Notes: generated from the sequence alone by a model not told the origin. Counted from the first letter of the stretch, positions 15,001 through 30,744 are shown. The stretch is DNA of 64,000 bases from Balanoglossus misakiensis (GCA_040954595.2 CM082596.2:10560461-10624460), one strand, 5' to 3'. Program-made: numbers and translations.

Positions 15001-18000
15001 CTTAAATTCAGTACATTGTAAACAGAATACATGAGTTGAAATAGTTTGTCTGGTCACAATATGTCTATAGATACATCACGTACATGGACATGACTGCAAG
15101 CATGGACACAGATCATTTATGAAGAAAATGTGAACAACTTTACTTCATGTCAGTACATTGTAAACAGAATACCGGAGTTGTAATAATTTGTCTGGTCACA
15201 ATATGTCTATAGACACATCACGTACATGGACATGAATGCAAGAATGGACACAGAACATTTATGAAGTCAATGTGAACAACTTTACTTGAAGTCAGTAAAT
15301 TGTAAACAGAATGCCAGAGTTGTAATAATTTGTCTGGTCACAATATGTCTATAGACACATCACGTACATGGACATGAATGTAAGAATGGACACAGATCAT
15401 TTATGAAGTCAAAGTGAACAACTTTACTTGAAGTCAATAAATTGTAAACAGAATACCAGAGTTGTAATAATTTGTCTGGTCACAATATGTCTATAGACAC
15501 ATCACGTACATGGACATGAATGTAAGAATGTACACAAATCATTTATGAAGTCAATGTGAACAACTTTACTTCATGTTAGTACATTGTAAACAGAATACCA
15601 GAGTTGTAATAATTTGTCTGGTCACAATATGTCTATAGACACATCACGTACATGGACATGAATGCAAGAATGGACACAGATCATTTATGAAGTCAAAGTG
15701 AACAACTTTACTTGAAGTCAGTAAATTGTAAACAGAATACCAGAGTTGTAATAATTTGTCTGGTCACAATATGTCTATAGACACATCACATACATGGACA
15801 TGAATGTAAGAATGGACACAAATCATTTATGAAGTCAATGTGAACAACTTTACTTCATGTTAGTACATTGTAAACAGAATACCAGAGTTGTAATAATTTG
15901 TCTGGTCACAATATGTCTATAGACACATCACGTACATGGACACGAATGCAAGAATGGACACAGATCATTTATGAAGTCAATGTGGACAACTTTACTTGAA
16001 GTCAGTAAATTGTACACAGAATACCAGAGTTGTAATAATTTGTCTGGTCACAATATGTCTATAGACACATCACGTACATGGACATGACTGCAAGCATGGA
16101 CAAGATCATTTATGAAGAAAATGTGAACAATTTTACTTGAAGTCAGTAAATTGTAAACAGAATACCAGAGTTGTAATAATTTGTCTGGTCACAATATGTC
16201 TATAGACACATCACGTACATGGACATGAATGCAAGAATGGACACAGATCATTTATGAAGTCAATGTGAACAACTTTACTTGAAGTCAGTACATTGTAAAC
16301 AGAATACCACAGTTGTAATAATTTGTCTGATCACAATATGTCTATAGACACATCACGTACATGGACATGAATGCAAGAATGGACACAGATCATTTATTAA
16401 GTCAATGTGAACAACTTTACTTGAAGTCAGTAAATTGTAAACAGAATACCAGAGTTGTAATAATTTGTCTGGTCACAATATGTCTATAGACACATCACGT
16501 ACATGGACATGACTGCAAGAATGGACACAGTTCATTTATGAAGTCAATGTGAACAACTTTACTTGAATTCAGTACATTGTAAACAGAATACATGAGTTGA
16601 AATAGTTTGTCTGGTCACAATATGTCTATAGATACATCACGTACATGGACATGACTGCAAGCATGGCCACAGATCATTTATGAAGAAAATGTGAACAACT
16701 TTACTTCATGTCAGTACATTGTAAACAGAATACCGGAGTTGTAATAATTTGTCTGGTCACAATATGTCTATAGACACATCACGTACATGGACATGAATGC
16801 AAGAATGGACACAGAACATTTATGAAGTCAATGTGAACAACTGTACTTGAAGTCAGTAAATTGTAAACAGAATACCAGAGTTGTAATAATTTGTCTGGTC
16901 ACAATATGTCTATAGACACATCACGTACATGGACTTGAATGTAAGAATGGACACAGATCATTTATGAAGTCAAAGTGAACAACTTTACTTGAAGTCAATA
17001 AATTGTAAACAGAATACCAGAGTTGTAATAATTTGTCTGGTCACAATATGTCTATAGACACATCACGTACATGGACATGAATGTAAGAATGGACACAAAT
17101 CATTTATGAAGTCAATGTGAACAACTTTACTTCATGTTAGTACATTGTAAACAGAATACCAGAGTTGTAATAATTTGTCTGGTCACAATATGTCTATAGA
17201 CACATCACGTACATGGACATGAATGCAAGAATGGACACAGATCATTTATGAAGTCAAAGTGAACAACTTTACTTGAAGTCAGTAAATTGTAAACAGAATA
17301 CCAGAGTTGTAATAATTTGTCTGGTCACAATATGTCTATAGACACATCACATACATGGACATGAATGTAAGAATGGACACAAATCATTTATGAAGTCAAT
17401 GTGAACAACTTTACTTCATGTTAGTACATTGTAAACAGAATACCAGAGTTGTAATAATTTGTCTGGTCACAATATGTCTATAGACACATCACGTACATGG
17501 ACACGAATGCAAGAATGGACACAGATCATTTATGAAGTCAATGTGGACAACTTTACTTGAAGTCAGTAAATTGTACACAGAATACCAGAGTTGTAATAAT
17601 TTGTCTGGTCACAATATGTCTATAGACACATCACGTACATGGACATGACTGCAAGCATGGACAAGATCATTTATGAAGAAAATGTGAACAACTTTACTTG
17701 AAGTCAGTAAATTGTAAACAGAATACCAGAGTTGTAATAATTTGTCTGGTCACAATATGTCTATAGACATATCACGTACATGGACATGAATGCAAGAATG
17801 GACACAGATCATTTATGAAGTCAATGTGAACAACTTTACTTGAAGTCAGTAAATTGTAAACAGAATACCAGAGTTGTAATAATTTGTCTGGTCACAATAT
17901 GTCTATAGACACATCACATACATGGACATGAATGTAAGAATGGACACAAATCATTTATGAAGTCAATGTGAACAACTTTACTTCATGTTAGTACATTGTA

Positions 18001-21000
18001 AACAGAATACCAGAGTTGTAATAATTTGTCTGGTCACAATATGTCTATAGACACATCACGTACATGGACACGAATGCAAGAATGGACACAGATCATTTAT
18101 GAAGTCAATGTGGACAACTTTACTTGAAGTCAGTAAATTGTACACAGAATACCAGAGTTGTAATAATTTGTCTGGTCACAATATGTCTATAGACACATCA
18201 CGTACATGGACATGAATGCAAGAATGGACACAGATCATTTATGAAGTCAATGTGAACAACTTTACTTGAAGTCAGTAAATTGTAAACAGAATACCAGAGT
18301 TGTAATAATTTGTCTGGTCACAATATGTCTATAGACACATCACGTACATGGACATGACTGCAAGAATGGACACAGATCATTTATGAAGTCAATGTGAACA
18401 ACTTTACTTCATGTTAGTACATTGTAAACAGAATACCAGAGTTGTAATAATTTGTCTGGTCACAATATGTCTATAGACACATCACGTACATGGACACGAA
18501 TGCAAGAATGGACACAGATCATTTATGAAGTCAATGTGGACAACTTTACTTGAAGTCAGTAAATTGTACACAGAATACCAGAGTTGTAATAATTTGTCTG
18601 GTCACAATATGTCTATAGACACATCACGTACATGGACATGACTGCAAGCATGGACAAGATCATTTATGAAGAAAATGTGAACAACTTTACTTGAAGTCAG
18701 TAAATTGTAAACAGAATACCAGAGTTGTAATAATTTGTCTGGTCACAATATGTCTATAGACATATCACGTACATGGACATGAATGCAAGAATGGACACAG
18801 ATCATTTATGAAGTCAATGTGAACAACTTTACTTGAAGTCAGTAAATTGTAAACAGAATACCAGAGTTGTAATAATTTGTCTGGTCACAATATGTCTATA
18901 GACACATCACATACATGGACATGAATGTAAGAATGGACACAAATCATTTATGAAGTCAATGTGAACAACTTTACTTCATGTTAGTACATTGTAAACAGAA
19001 TACCAGAGTTGTAATAATTTGTCTGGTCACAATATGTCTATAGACACATCACGTACATGGACACGAATGCAAGAATGGACACAGATCATTTATGAAGTCA
19101 ATGTGGACAACTTTACTTGAAGTCAGTAAATTGTACACAGAATACCAGAGTTGTAATAATTTGTCTGGTCACAATATGTCTATAGACACATCACGTACAT
19201 GGACATGAATGCAAGAATGGACACAGATCATTTATGAAGTCAATGTGAACAACTTTACTTCATGTCAGTACATTGTAAACAGAATACCACAGTTGTAATA
19301 ATTTGTCTGATCACAATATGTCTATAGACACATCACGTACATGGACATGAATGCAAGAATGGACACAGATCATTTATTAAGTCAATGTGAACAACTTTAC
19401 TTGAAGTCAGTAAATTGTAAACAGAATACCAGAGTTGTAATAATTTGTCTGGTCACAATATATCTATAGACACATCACGTACATGGACATAACTGCAAGA
19501 ATGGACACAGTTCATTTATGAAGTCAATGTGAACAACTTTACTTGAATTCAGTACATTGTACACAGAATACATGAGTTGTAATAATTTGTCTGATCACAA
19601 TATGTCTATAGACACATCACGTACATGGACATGAATGCAAGAATGGACACAGATCATTTATGAAGTCAATGTGAACAACTTTACTTGAAGTCAGTAAATT
19701 GTAAACAGAATACCAGAGTTGTAATAATTTGTCTGGTCACAATATGTCTATAGACACATCACGTACATGGACATGAATGTAAGAATGGACACAGATCATT
19801 TATGAAGTCAATGTGAACAACTTTACTTGAAGTCAGTACATTATAAACAGAATACCACAGTTGTAATACTTTGTCTGGTCACAATATGTCAATAGACACA
19901 TCACGTACATGGACATGAATGTAAGAATGGACACAAATCATTTATGAAGTCAATGTGAACAACTTTACTTCATGTTAGTACATTGTAAACAGAATACCAG
20001 AGTTGTAATAATTTGTCTGGTCACAATATGTCTATAGACACATCACGTACATGGACATGAATACAAGAATGGACACAGATCATTTATGAAGTCAATGTGG
20101 ACAACGTTACTTGAAGTCAGTAAATTGTACACAGAATACCAGAGTTGTAATAATTTGTCTGGTCACAATATGTCTATAGACACATCACGTACATGGACAT
20201 GACTGCAAGCATGGACACAGATCATTTATGAAGAAAATGTGAACAAGTCAGTAAATTGTAAACAGAATACCAGAGTTGTAATAATTTGTCTGGTCACAAT
20301 ATGTCTATAGATACATCACGTACATGGACATGACTGCAAGCATGGACACAGATCATTTATGAAGAAAATGTGAACAACTTTACTTCATGTCAGTACATTG
20401 TAAACAGAATACCGGAGTTGTAATAATTTGTCTGGTCACAATATGTCTATAGACACATCACGTACATGGACATGAATGCAAGAATGGACACAGAACATTT
20501 ATGAAGTCAATGTGAACAACTTTACTTGAAGTCAGTAAATTGTAAACAGAATACCACAGTTGTAATAATTTGTCTGGTCACAATATGTCTATAGACACAT
20601 CACATACATGGACATGAATGTAAGAATGGACACAAATCATTTATGAAGTCAATGTGAACAACTTTACTTCATGTTAGTACATTGTAAACAGAATACCAGA
20701 GTTGTAATAATTTGTCTGGTCACAATATGTCTATAGACACATCACGTACATGGACACGAATGCAAGAATGGACACAGATCATTTATGAAGTCAATGTGGA
20801 CAACTTTACTTGAAGTCAGTAAATTGTACACAGAATACCAGAGTTGTAATAATTTGTCCGGTCACAATATGTCTATAGACACATCACGTACATGGACATG
20901 ACTGCAAGCATGGACAAGATCATTTATGAAGAAAATGTGAACAACTTTACTTGAAGTCAATAAATTGTAAACAGAATACCAGAGTTGTAATAATTTGTCT

Positions 21001-24000
21001 GGTCACAATATGTCTATAGACACATCACGTACATGGACATGAATGCAAGAATGGACACAGATCATTTATGAAGTCAATGTGAACAACTTTACTTGAAGTC
21101 AGTAAATTGTAAACAGAATACCAGAGTTGTAATAATTTGTCTGGTCACAATATGTCTATAGACACATCACGTACATGGACATGAATGCAAGAATGGACAC
21201 AGATCATTTATGAAGTCAATGTGAACAACTTTACTTCATGTTAGTACATTGTAAACAGAATACCAGAGTTGTAATAATTTGTCTGGTCACAATATGTCTA
21301 TAGACACATCACGTACATGGACACGAATGCAAGAATGGACACAGATCATTTATGAAGTCAATGTGGACAACTTTACTTGAAGTCAGTAAATTGTACACAG
21401 AATACCAGAGTTGTAATAATTTGTCTGGTCACAATATGTCTATAGACACATCACGTACATGGACATGACTGCAAGCATGGACAAGATCATTTATGAAGAA
21501 AATGTGAACAACTTTACTTGAAGTCAGTAAATTGTAAACAGAATACCAGAGTTGTAATAATTTGTCTGGTCACAATATGTCTATAGACATATCACGTACA
21601 TGGACATGAATGCAAGAATGGACACAGATCATTTATGAAGTCAATGTGAACAACTTTACTTGAAGTCAGTAAATTGTAAACAGAATACCAGAGTTGTAAT
21701 AATTTGTCTGGTCACAATATGTCTATAGACACATCACATACATGGACATGACTGCAAGCATGGACACAGATCATTTATGAAGAAAATGTGAACAACTTTA
21801 CTTCATGTCAGTACATTGTAAACAGAATACCGGAGTTGTAATAATTTGTCTGGTCACAATATGTCTATAGACACATCACGTACATGGACATGAATGCAAG
21901 AATGGACACAGAACATTTATGAAGTCAATGTGAACAACTTTACTTGAAGTCAGTAAATTGTAAACAGAATACCACAGTTGTAATAATTTGTCTGGTCACA
22001 ATATGTCTATAGACACATCACATACATGGACATGAATGTAAGAATGGACACAAATCATTTATGAAGTCAATGTGAACAACTTTACTTCATGTTAGTACAT
22101 TGTAAACAGAATACCAGAGTTGTAATAATTTGTCTGGTCACAATATGTCTATAGACACATCACGTACATGGACACGAATGCAAGAATGGACACAGATCAT
22201 TTATGAAGTCAATGTGGACAACTTTACTTGAAGTCAGTAAATTGTACACAGAATACCAGAGTTGTAATAATTTGTCCGGTCACAATATGTCTATAGACAC
22301 ATCACGTACATGGACATGACTGCAAGCATGGACAAGATCATTTATGAAGAAAATGTGAACAACTTTACTTGAAGTCAATAAATTGTAAACAGAATACCAG
22401 AGTTGTAATAATTTGTCTGGTCACAATATGTCTATAGACACATCACGTACATGGACATGAATGCAAGAATGGACACAGATCATTTATGAAGTCAATGTGA
22501 ACAACTTTACTTGAAGTCAGTAAATTGTAAACAGAATACCAGAGTTGTAATAATTTGTCTGGTCACAATATGTCTATAGACACATCACGTACATGGACAT
22601 GAATGCAAGAATGGACACAGATCATTTATGAAGTCAATGTGAACAACTTTACTTCATGTTAGTACATTGTAAACAGAATACCAGAGTTGTAATAATTTGT
22701 CTGGTCACAATATGTCTATAGACACATCACGTACATGGACACGAATGCAAGAATGGACACAGATCATTTATGAAGTCAATGTGGACAACTTTACTTGAAG
22801 TCAGTAAATTGTACACAGAATACCAGAGTTGTAATAATTTGTCTGGTCACAATATGTCTATAGACACATCACGTACATGGACATGACTGCAAGCATGGAC
22901 AAGATCATTTATGAAGAAAATGTGAACAACTTTACTTGAAGTCAGTAAATTGTAAACAGAATACCAGAGTTGTAATAATTTGTCTGGTCACAATATGTCT
23001 ATAGACATATCACGTACATGGACATGAATGCAAGAATGGACACAGATCATTTATGAAGTCAATGTGAACAACTTTACTTGAAGTCAGTAAATTGTAAACA
23101 GAATACCAGAGTTGTAATAATTTGTCTGGTCACAATATGTCTATAGACACATCACATACATGGACATGAATGTAAGAATGGACACAAATCATTTATGAAG
23201 TCAATGTGAACAACTTTACTTCATGTTAGTACATTGTAAACAGAATACCAGAGTTGTAATAATTTGTCTGGTCACAATATGTCTATAGACACATCACGTA
23301 CATGGACACGAATGCAAGAATGGACACAGATCATTTATGAAGTCAATGTGGACAACTTTACTTGAAGTCAGTAAATTGTACACAGAATACCAGAGTTGTA
23401 ATAATTTGTCCGGTCACAATATGTCTATAGACACATCACGTACATGGACATGACTGCAAGCATGGACAAGATCATTTATGAAGAAAATGTGAACAACTTT
23501 ACTTGAAGTCAATAAATTGTAAACAGAATACCAGAGTTGTAATAATTTGTCTGGTCACAATATGTCTATAGACACATCACGTACATGGACATGAATGCAA
23601 GAATGGACACAGATCATTTATGAAGTCAATGTGAACAACTTTACTTGAAGTCAGTACATTGTAAACAGAATACCACAGTTGTAATAATTTGTCAGGTCAC
23701 AATATGTCTATAGACACATCACGTACATAGATATGAATGCAAGAATGGACACAGATAATTTATGAAGTCAATGTGAACAACTATACTTCATGTCAGTACA
23801 TTGTAAACAGAATACCACAGTTGTAATAATTTGTCTGATCACAATATGTCTATAGACACATCACGTACATGGACATGAATGCAAGAATGGACACAGATCA
23901 TTTATTAAGTCAATGTGAACAACTTTACTTGAAGTCAGTAAATTGTAAACAGAATACCAGAGTTGTAATAATTTGTCTGGTCACAATATATCTATAGACA

Positions 24001-26369
24001 CATCACGTACATGGACATAACTGCAAGAATGGACACAGTTCATTTATGAAGTCAATGTGAACAACTTTACTTGAATTCAGTACATTGTACACAGAATACA
24101 TGAGTTGTAATAATTTGTCTGATCACAATATGTCTATAGACACATCACGTACATGGACATGAATGCAAGAATGGACACAGATCATTTATGAAGTCAATGT
24201 GAACAACTTTACTTGAAGTCAGTAAATTGTAAACAGAATACCAGAGTTGTAATAATTTGTCTGGTCACAATATGTCTATAGACACATCACGTACATGGAC
24301 ATGAATGTAAGAATGGACACAGATCATTTATGAAGTCAATGTGAACAACTTTACTTGAAGTCAGTACATTATAAACAGAATACCACAGTTGTAATACTTT
24401 GTCTGGTCACAATATGTCAATAGACACATCACGTACATGGACATGAATGTAAGAATGGACACAAATCATTTATGAAGTCAATGTGAACAACTTTACTTCA
24501 TGTTAGTACATTGTAAACAGAATACCAGAGTTGTAATAATTTGTCTGGTCACAATATGTCTATAGACACATCACGTACATGGACATGAATACAAGAATGG
24601 ACACAGATCATTTATGAAGTCAATGTGGACAACGTTACTTGAAGTCAGTAAATTGTACACAGAATACCAGAGTTGTAATAATTTGTCTGGTCACAATATG
24701 TCTATAGACACATCACGTACATGGACATGACTGCAAGCATGGACACAGATCATTTATGAAGAAAATGTGAACAAGTCAGTAAATTGTAAACAGAATACCA
24801 GAGTTGTAATAATTTGTCTGGTCACAATATGTCTATAGATACATCACGTACATGGACATGACTGCAAGCATGGACACAGATCATTTATGAAGAAAATGTG
24901 AACAACTTTACTTCATGTCAGTACATTGTAAACAGAATACCGGAGTTGTAATAATTTGTCTGGTCACAATATGTCTATAGACACATCACGTACATGGACA
25001 TGAATGCAAGAATGGACACAGAACATTTATGAAGTCAATGTGAACAACTTTACTTGAAGTCAGTAAATTGTAAACAGAATACCACAGTTGTAATAATTTG
25101 TCTGGTCACAATATGTCTAAAAACACATCACGTACATGGACATGAATGTAAGAATGGACACAGATCATTTATGAAGTCAAAGTGAACAACTTTACTTGAA
25201 GTCAGTAAATTGTAAACAGAATACCAGAGTTGTAATAATTTGTCTGGTCACAATATGTCTATAGACACATCACGTACATGGACATGAATGTAAGAATGGA
25301 CACAAATCATTTATGAAGTCAATGTGAACAACTTTACTTCATGTTAGTACATTGTAAACAGAATACCAGAGTTGTAATAATTTGTCTGGTCACAATATGT
25401 CTATAGACACATCACGTACATGGACATGAAAGCAAGAATGGACACAGATCATTTATGAAGTCAATGTGGACAACTTTACTTCATGTCAGTACATTGTAAA
25501 CAGAATACCACAGTTGTAATAATTTGTCTGGTCACAATATGTCTATAGACACATCACGTACATGGACATGAATGCAAGAATGGACACAGATCATTTATGA
25601 AGTCAATGTGAACAACTTTACTTGAAGTCAGTAAATTGTAAACAGAATACCAGAGTTGTAATAATTTGTCTGGTCACAATATGTCTATAGACACATCACG
25701 TACATGGACATGACTGCAAGAATGGACACAGTTCATTTATGAAGTCAATGTGAACAACTTTACTTGAATTCAGTACATTGTACACAGAATACATGAGTTG
25801 AAATAGTTTGTCTGGTCACAATATGTCTATAGACACATCACGTACATAGATATGAATGCAAGAATGGACACAGATCATTTATGAAGTCAATGTGAACAAC
25901 TATACTTCATGTCAGTACATTGTAAACAGAATACCACAGTTGTAATAATTTGTCTGATCACAATATGTCTATAGACACATCACGTACATGGACATGAATG
26001 CAAGAATGGACACAGATCATTTATGAAGTCAATGTGAACAACTTTACTTGAAGTCAGTAAATTGTAAACAGAATACCAGAGTTGTAATAATTTGTCTGGT
26101 CACAATATGTCTATAGACACATCACGTACATGGACATGAATGTAAGAATGGACACAGATCATTTATGAAGTCAATGTGAACAACTTTACTTGAAGTCAGT
26201 ACATTGTAAACAGAATACCAAAGTTGTAATAGTTTGTCTGATCACAATATGTCTATAGACGCATCATGTACATGGACATGAATGCAAGAATGGACACAGA
26301 ACATTTATGAAGTCAATGTGAACAACTTTACTTGAAGTCAGTACATTGTAAACAGAATACCACAGTTGT
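1..26369. repeat. 142-bp satellite tandem array (about 185 monomers), open at the window start
   Basis: Monomer CTGGTCACAATATGTCTATAGACACATCACGTACATGGACATGAATGCAAGAATGGACACAGATCATTTATGAAGTCAATGTGAACAACTTTACTTGAAGTCAGTAAATTGTAAACAGAATACCAGAGTTGTAATAATTTGT recurs head-to-tail every 142 bp (1, 143, 285...) with few substitutions. Confidence 0.99.
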
Positions 26370-26542
26370 TGTAATATATTGATATATTATTGTGGGCTCA
26401 TTCCTAGAGAGATTAGACAGACGCAGGACATGTTCAACTGAACGACAGCCGTGCTGCTTCTTTATTGCTAACTGCGCATGCTCACAAGCACAGCCTCGTA
26501 CACAGCACTTTTACATAGCAGTTAATATACCAATACATAACA
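26370..26542 (-). repeat. 3' LTR of Gypsy element 1
   Basis: Identical by eye to 30893-31065; AATAAA on the minus strand. Confidence 0.96.
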
Positions 26543-26554
26543 CTGCTTCCCCCT
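26543..26554 (-). other. Polypurine tract of Gypsy element 1
   Basis: Minus strand AAGGGGGAAGCAG-like purine run directly before the 3' LTR. Confidence 0.8.
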
Positions 26555-26601
26555 TGAAATTTGGGTAGCTTACATGGTAACACAACTCAACAGAAAACAC
26601 T

Positions 26602-29600
26602 TCACAGATCAAGTTTTACAACAGGCTTTCTCACTCTCTGAGACCTTCTAAGAGGTACGCTTTCTGGAGTAGTATTTGAAACCTCTGTACTAACTTCATC
26701 TGTTTTGAAACTCTCAATAGCAACATTTGAACTTTGTTTCACTGGTGAATGATCAATGCTTTCAGAAGGAATATTTCTCTTAGTGTGTACAGCATCATTC
26801 TCAATGAAATCAGGTACAACAACTTCTGGTTCATTAACATAATCAGGTACATTGTCATGTGCTCTAATCAAATGATCAGTATGAACAAATCTCATCGAAT
26901 GACCAACTCTAACTACATAACGTCGTGGTCCACACACTTTCACAATAGTGCCTGGGATCCATTTCTCCAGCTTCGAATTTGGTCTTTTGTTTCGTACACG
27001 AACTCTATCATACATCTGAAAGGTTCTTTCATTGACAGACATGTCATGATATTGCTTTTGTTTTTCTTGTTTCTTTTCAACCATTTGTGCAAGATTAGGT
27101 TTAACCAAACTCAATCTGCTTCGCAAAATTCTCTTTACCATCATCTCAGCTGGACTGACACCAGTAACACTATATGGTGTTATCCTATATCTCAGTAAGA
27201 AATTGGCAAGTCGGTGTTTCATGGACATTCCCTTTATACCATGAAAAACTTGTTTCAACAATGCCTCCTTGACAATTCTCACTGATCTCTCAGCTGCCCC
27301 ATTTGACTGTGGGTGGTAGGGCGGAACTAAAGTATGCTTTATACCATTCTTACTCATAAACTCTGCAAACTCTGCTGAAGTAAATTGTGGTCCATTATCT
27401 GACACAAGTTCTTCAGGCAGACCATGATTCGCAAAAATCAAACGCAACTCATCAATTGTGCGGTCACTTGTGGTCGAAGTCATATGTTTCGCCTCAATCC
27501 ACTTTGAGTGACTGTCAACTAATATCAAAAAGTAATCAGTGCCTTTCTGACAGAAATCAATATGTACACGTTGAAATGGACGTGTGGGCCATTTCCATGG
27601 TATCAATGGAGCACTAGATGGAGCACTCCTCACACTCTGACAAACAGTGCAAACTTTCACCGTTTTCTCAATTTCCTCATCCATTCGAGGCCACCAGACA
27701 CATGTACGCGCAATTGCTTTCATACTTCACACACCAGGATGTTCCCAGTGTAATTCGCTCAACATTTTCTCTTGGAAAACTGCTGGAATTATAACCCTGG
27801 TTCCCCAAAGTACACAGCGTTGTTCACATGATAACTCATGCCGTCTACTGTGATATGGTTTCATTGACTCGTCAATACAATGCTCAGGCCAACCAGTCAT
27901 TACAAACTGATGGACCCGACTCAATACTGGATCAGTGCATGTTGCTTTGGCAATGTCGGTTGCTGTAATCGGAAAATCATCATCCACAGCCCTTACTGTA
28001 TATATCCTACTCTCACTAGCTACATTAGAAATCTCATGTGGTAAACGCGAAAGAGCATCACAATTTGCATGATCTTCTGATCTCCTATACTCTATCTCAT
28101 AGTCGTAGGCTGATAATATCAATGCCCATCTCTGCATGCGTGCTGCAGCTAAAGTAGGAATAGCTGATTTTGGACCTAAGAGTGCCAATAACGGTTTATG
28201 GTCAGTAATCAAAGTGAACTTACGACCGTATAGAAACTGGTGAAATTTCTTCACTCCAAATACAATAGACAATGCTTCACGTTCGATCTGCGCATAATTC
28301 TTTTCGCTGGCATTCAAGCTGCGCGATGCATATGCAATAGGTCTCTCTTGACCATTATCCATCACATGGCTAATCACTGCACCTAGTCCATAACTAGACG
28401 CGTCACAAGCTAGTCTCAGTTCGCGCTTTGTATCATAATGCACTAATAAAGCATCACTGGACAGACCATTTTTACACAGATCATACGCCTTCTGGCAATC
28501 AGATGTCCATTTCCACTTGACATCCTTTTTGAGCAACTTGTGCAATGGTGCTAGTATAGTAGCAAGATCTGGCAGAAATGAATGGTAATATTGAACCATG
28601 CCTAGGAAAGATCTCAACTCGTGAACATTTCTGGGAATTGGTGCTTTCTTTATAGCATCAACTTTCTCATCAACTGGATGTAGCCCATCGGCATTAATCC
28701 TGAGACCAAGATAGACAACTTCAGATTTTAGGAATTTACATTTATCCAATTTCAGATGAATATTGTGTCGATCCAATCTTTCTAACACTTCATCAAGGAT
28801 ATGGAGGTTTTCTTGCCAATTTTCTCCACCAAGAAGTATGTCATCTTGTTTACATACACATTTTTCAACTCCTTGCAAAATTTGATCCATTTTTGCCTGA
28901 AATATCTTGGGTGCGGATTTTACCCCATAAGGCAATTTGGTATATGAATACAACCCTTTATGAGTGTTAATTGTGAGGTACCCCTGACTCTCCTTATCAA
29001 CACTAAGTTGTGCGTATGCATGTGACAAATCAAGTTTTGTGAAAACTTTGGACCCAGCTAATTCAGCATACAAGTCTTGAGTAGTGGGAAGTGGATACTG
29101 CTCATCCTCTACAGCTTGGTTTATGGTAACTTTGTAGTCACCACATATTCTCACAGACTTGTCGGCCTTTGGAACTACTACAATAGGACTGGCCCAATCC
29201 GACCTCTCGGTTTTTACAATCACGCCGTTTTTCTCGAGTTTTTCCAACTCTTTTTCGACTGCATCTTTCAAAGCATAAGGAACTCTACGTGGATTGATAA
29301 ACACAGGCTTTGCATTATCGCGAACAGTGATGTGCGCTTCAAACCCTTTCATACCCTCATAGCTGTCATCAAACAACTGTGCATGTTTTGACAGAAGTTT
29401 ATCAAGTTGTTTCTTTGCATTGCTCTGATTCGAGAAACTCGTGGCAGATGAATTGGTTACACTGAATATCTCACCCCAATTCAACCTGATCTTATTGAGC
29501 CAATTTCTGCCCAATAAAATAGGTTTTCTTACAACATTAGCCACTACCATGGGCAATATGACCTTTTGACCATTGTATTCTACTTTGCAGCTCATTTCAC

Positions 29601-30744
29601 CACAAATATCGAGCATTTCACCTGTGTAGGTTTTCAGTTTTACCTTGGAGGGAAAAAGAGGTACTTTCCTGAACTTTTCAGTGTACTCACTCCTGCTCAT
29701 AATCGAAAAATCAGCAGCAGTATCTACCTGCATGTCGCATGTGACATTGTTTACTGACATTTTCACTGTGTAACCTTTTGTACTATTTTTGGTGGGATTG
29801 GCTGTGTTGGTAGAATACAATGAAAATACACCCATATTATTTTCATCTCCGCTACTTTCTGTAGCATCTAACTCAGGCATATATACATTATGCACTTTTC
29901 CCTTTGTCTTGGTTGACTGGGAATTTACACCTTTGACACCAGATTTTTCATTTACACTGGCATTACTGTGACAAACAGATGCAATGTGACCAACTTTCTT
30001 ACATTTGAAACATTTCGCATCCTTAAATTTACACATTTGTGGGTTGTGCTCACCCCTACATCTATAACATAGTTTTTGTCCACTAGTCTTTGCCTGGGGT
30101 TTTCTGTAACCCTTCGAAAGTTTATTGACGACACCACTCTTGTCGCTGACACTGCTACTAGTACTGCTGGCAGGTCGAAACTCCTTTGCGTTCTTCTCCG
30201 CCATCTCCATGGACGTTGCTATCTGACAAGCACGGTCGAAGGTAAGGCCCTCTGTGTTCAACAGCTTGTTTTGGATCCTTACGTCATCCAGACCACAGAC
30301 AAATCTGTCTCTCAAAGCTCGATTCAGAAAATCGCCATAGTTGCAGTGTATGGAAAGTTTCTTCAATGACACAATATAGTCACTGACTGACTCACCAGGC
30401 TTCTGGTTACGAGTGCCAAAATGAAAACTTTCCGCTATCTCTAACGGTGCTGGGTTGTAGTGTCCCTCAAGTGCTTGGACGATTGCATTCAAAGGCTTGT
30501 CTTTAGGTTTGGTGGGCGCCAACAAATTACTGAGCGTAGAATACGCTTCCGGTCCGATTTTACTGAGAAAAATCGCTTGTTTTCTGCCTTGGACAACTGC
30601 ATTCGCCGCAGCGTGTACTTCACCTGGAACTTCCACGATGTTGTTCGCCTCAAAGAACATTTCCATCCGCTCTACATACGAACTGAATGTCTCTCGATCT
30701 GGCGAAAACTCACCGACACTTCCAACAAACCCAGTTGCTGCCAT
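26602..30744 (-). pseudogene. Gypsy gag-pol polyprotein with one in-frame TGA at 27727-27729
   Basis: ORFs 27727-30744 and 26602-27723 are in the same frame (HPGV*SMKAIARTCVWWP). Zinc knuckles CYRCRGEHNPQMC and CFKCKKVGHIASVC, protease VDTAA, RT (KLDLSHAY, LPYG, KQDD), RNase H (CDAS, EREAL, TDHKPL), integrase (HIDF, SDNGPQF, NGAAER). Confidence 0.93.

Noticed and set aside
1-26369. CRISPR array interpretation of the periodic sequence
   Set aside because: Whole 142-bp units repeat with no unique spacers; no cas genes; eukaryotic context.
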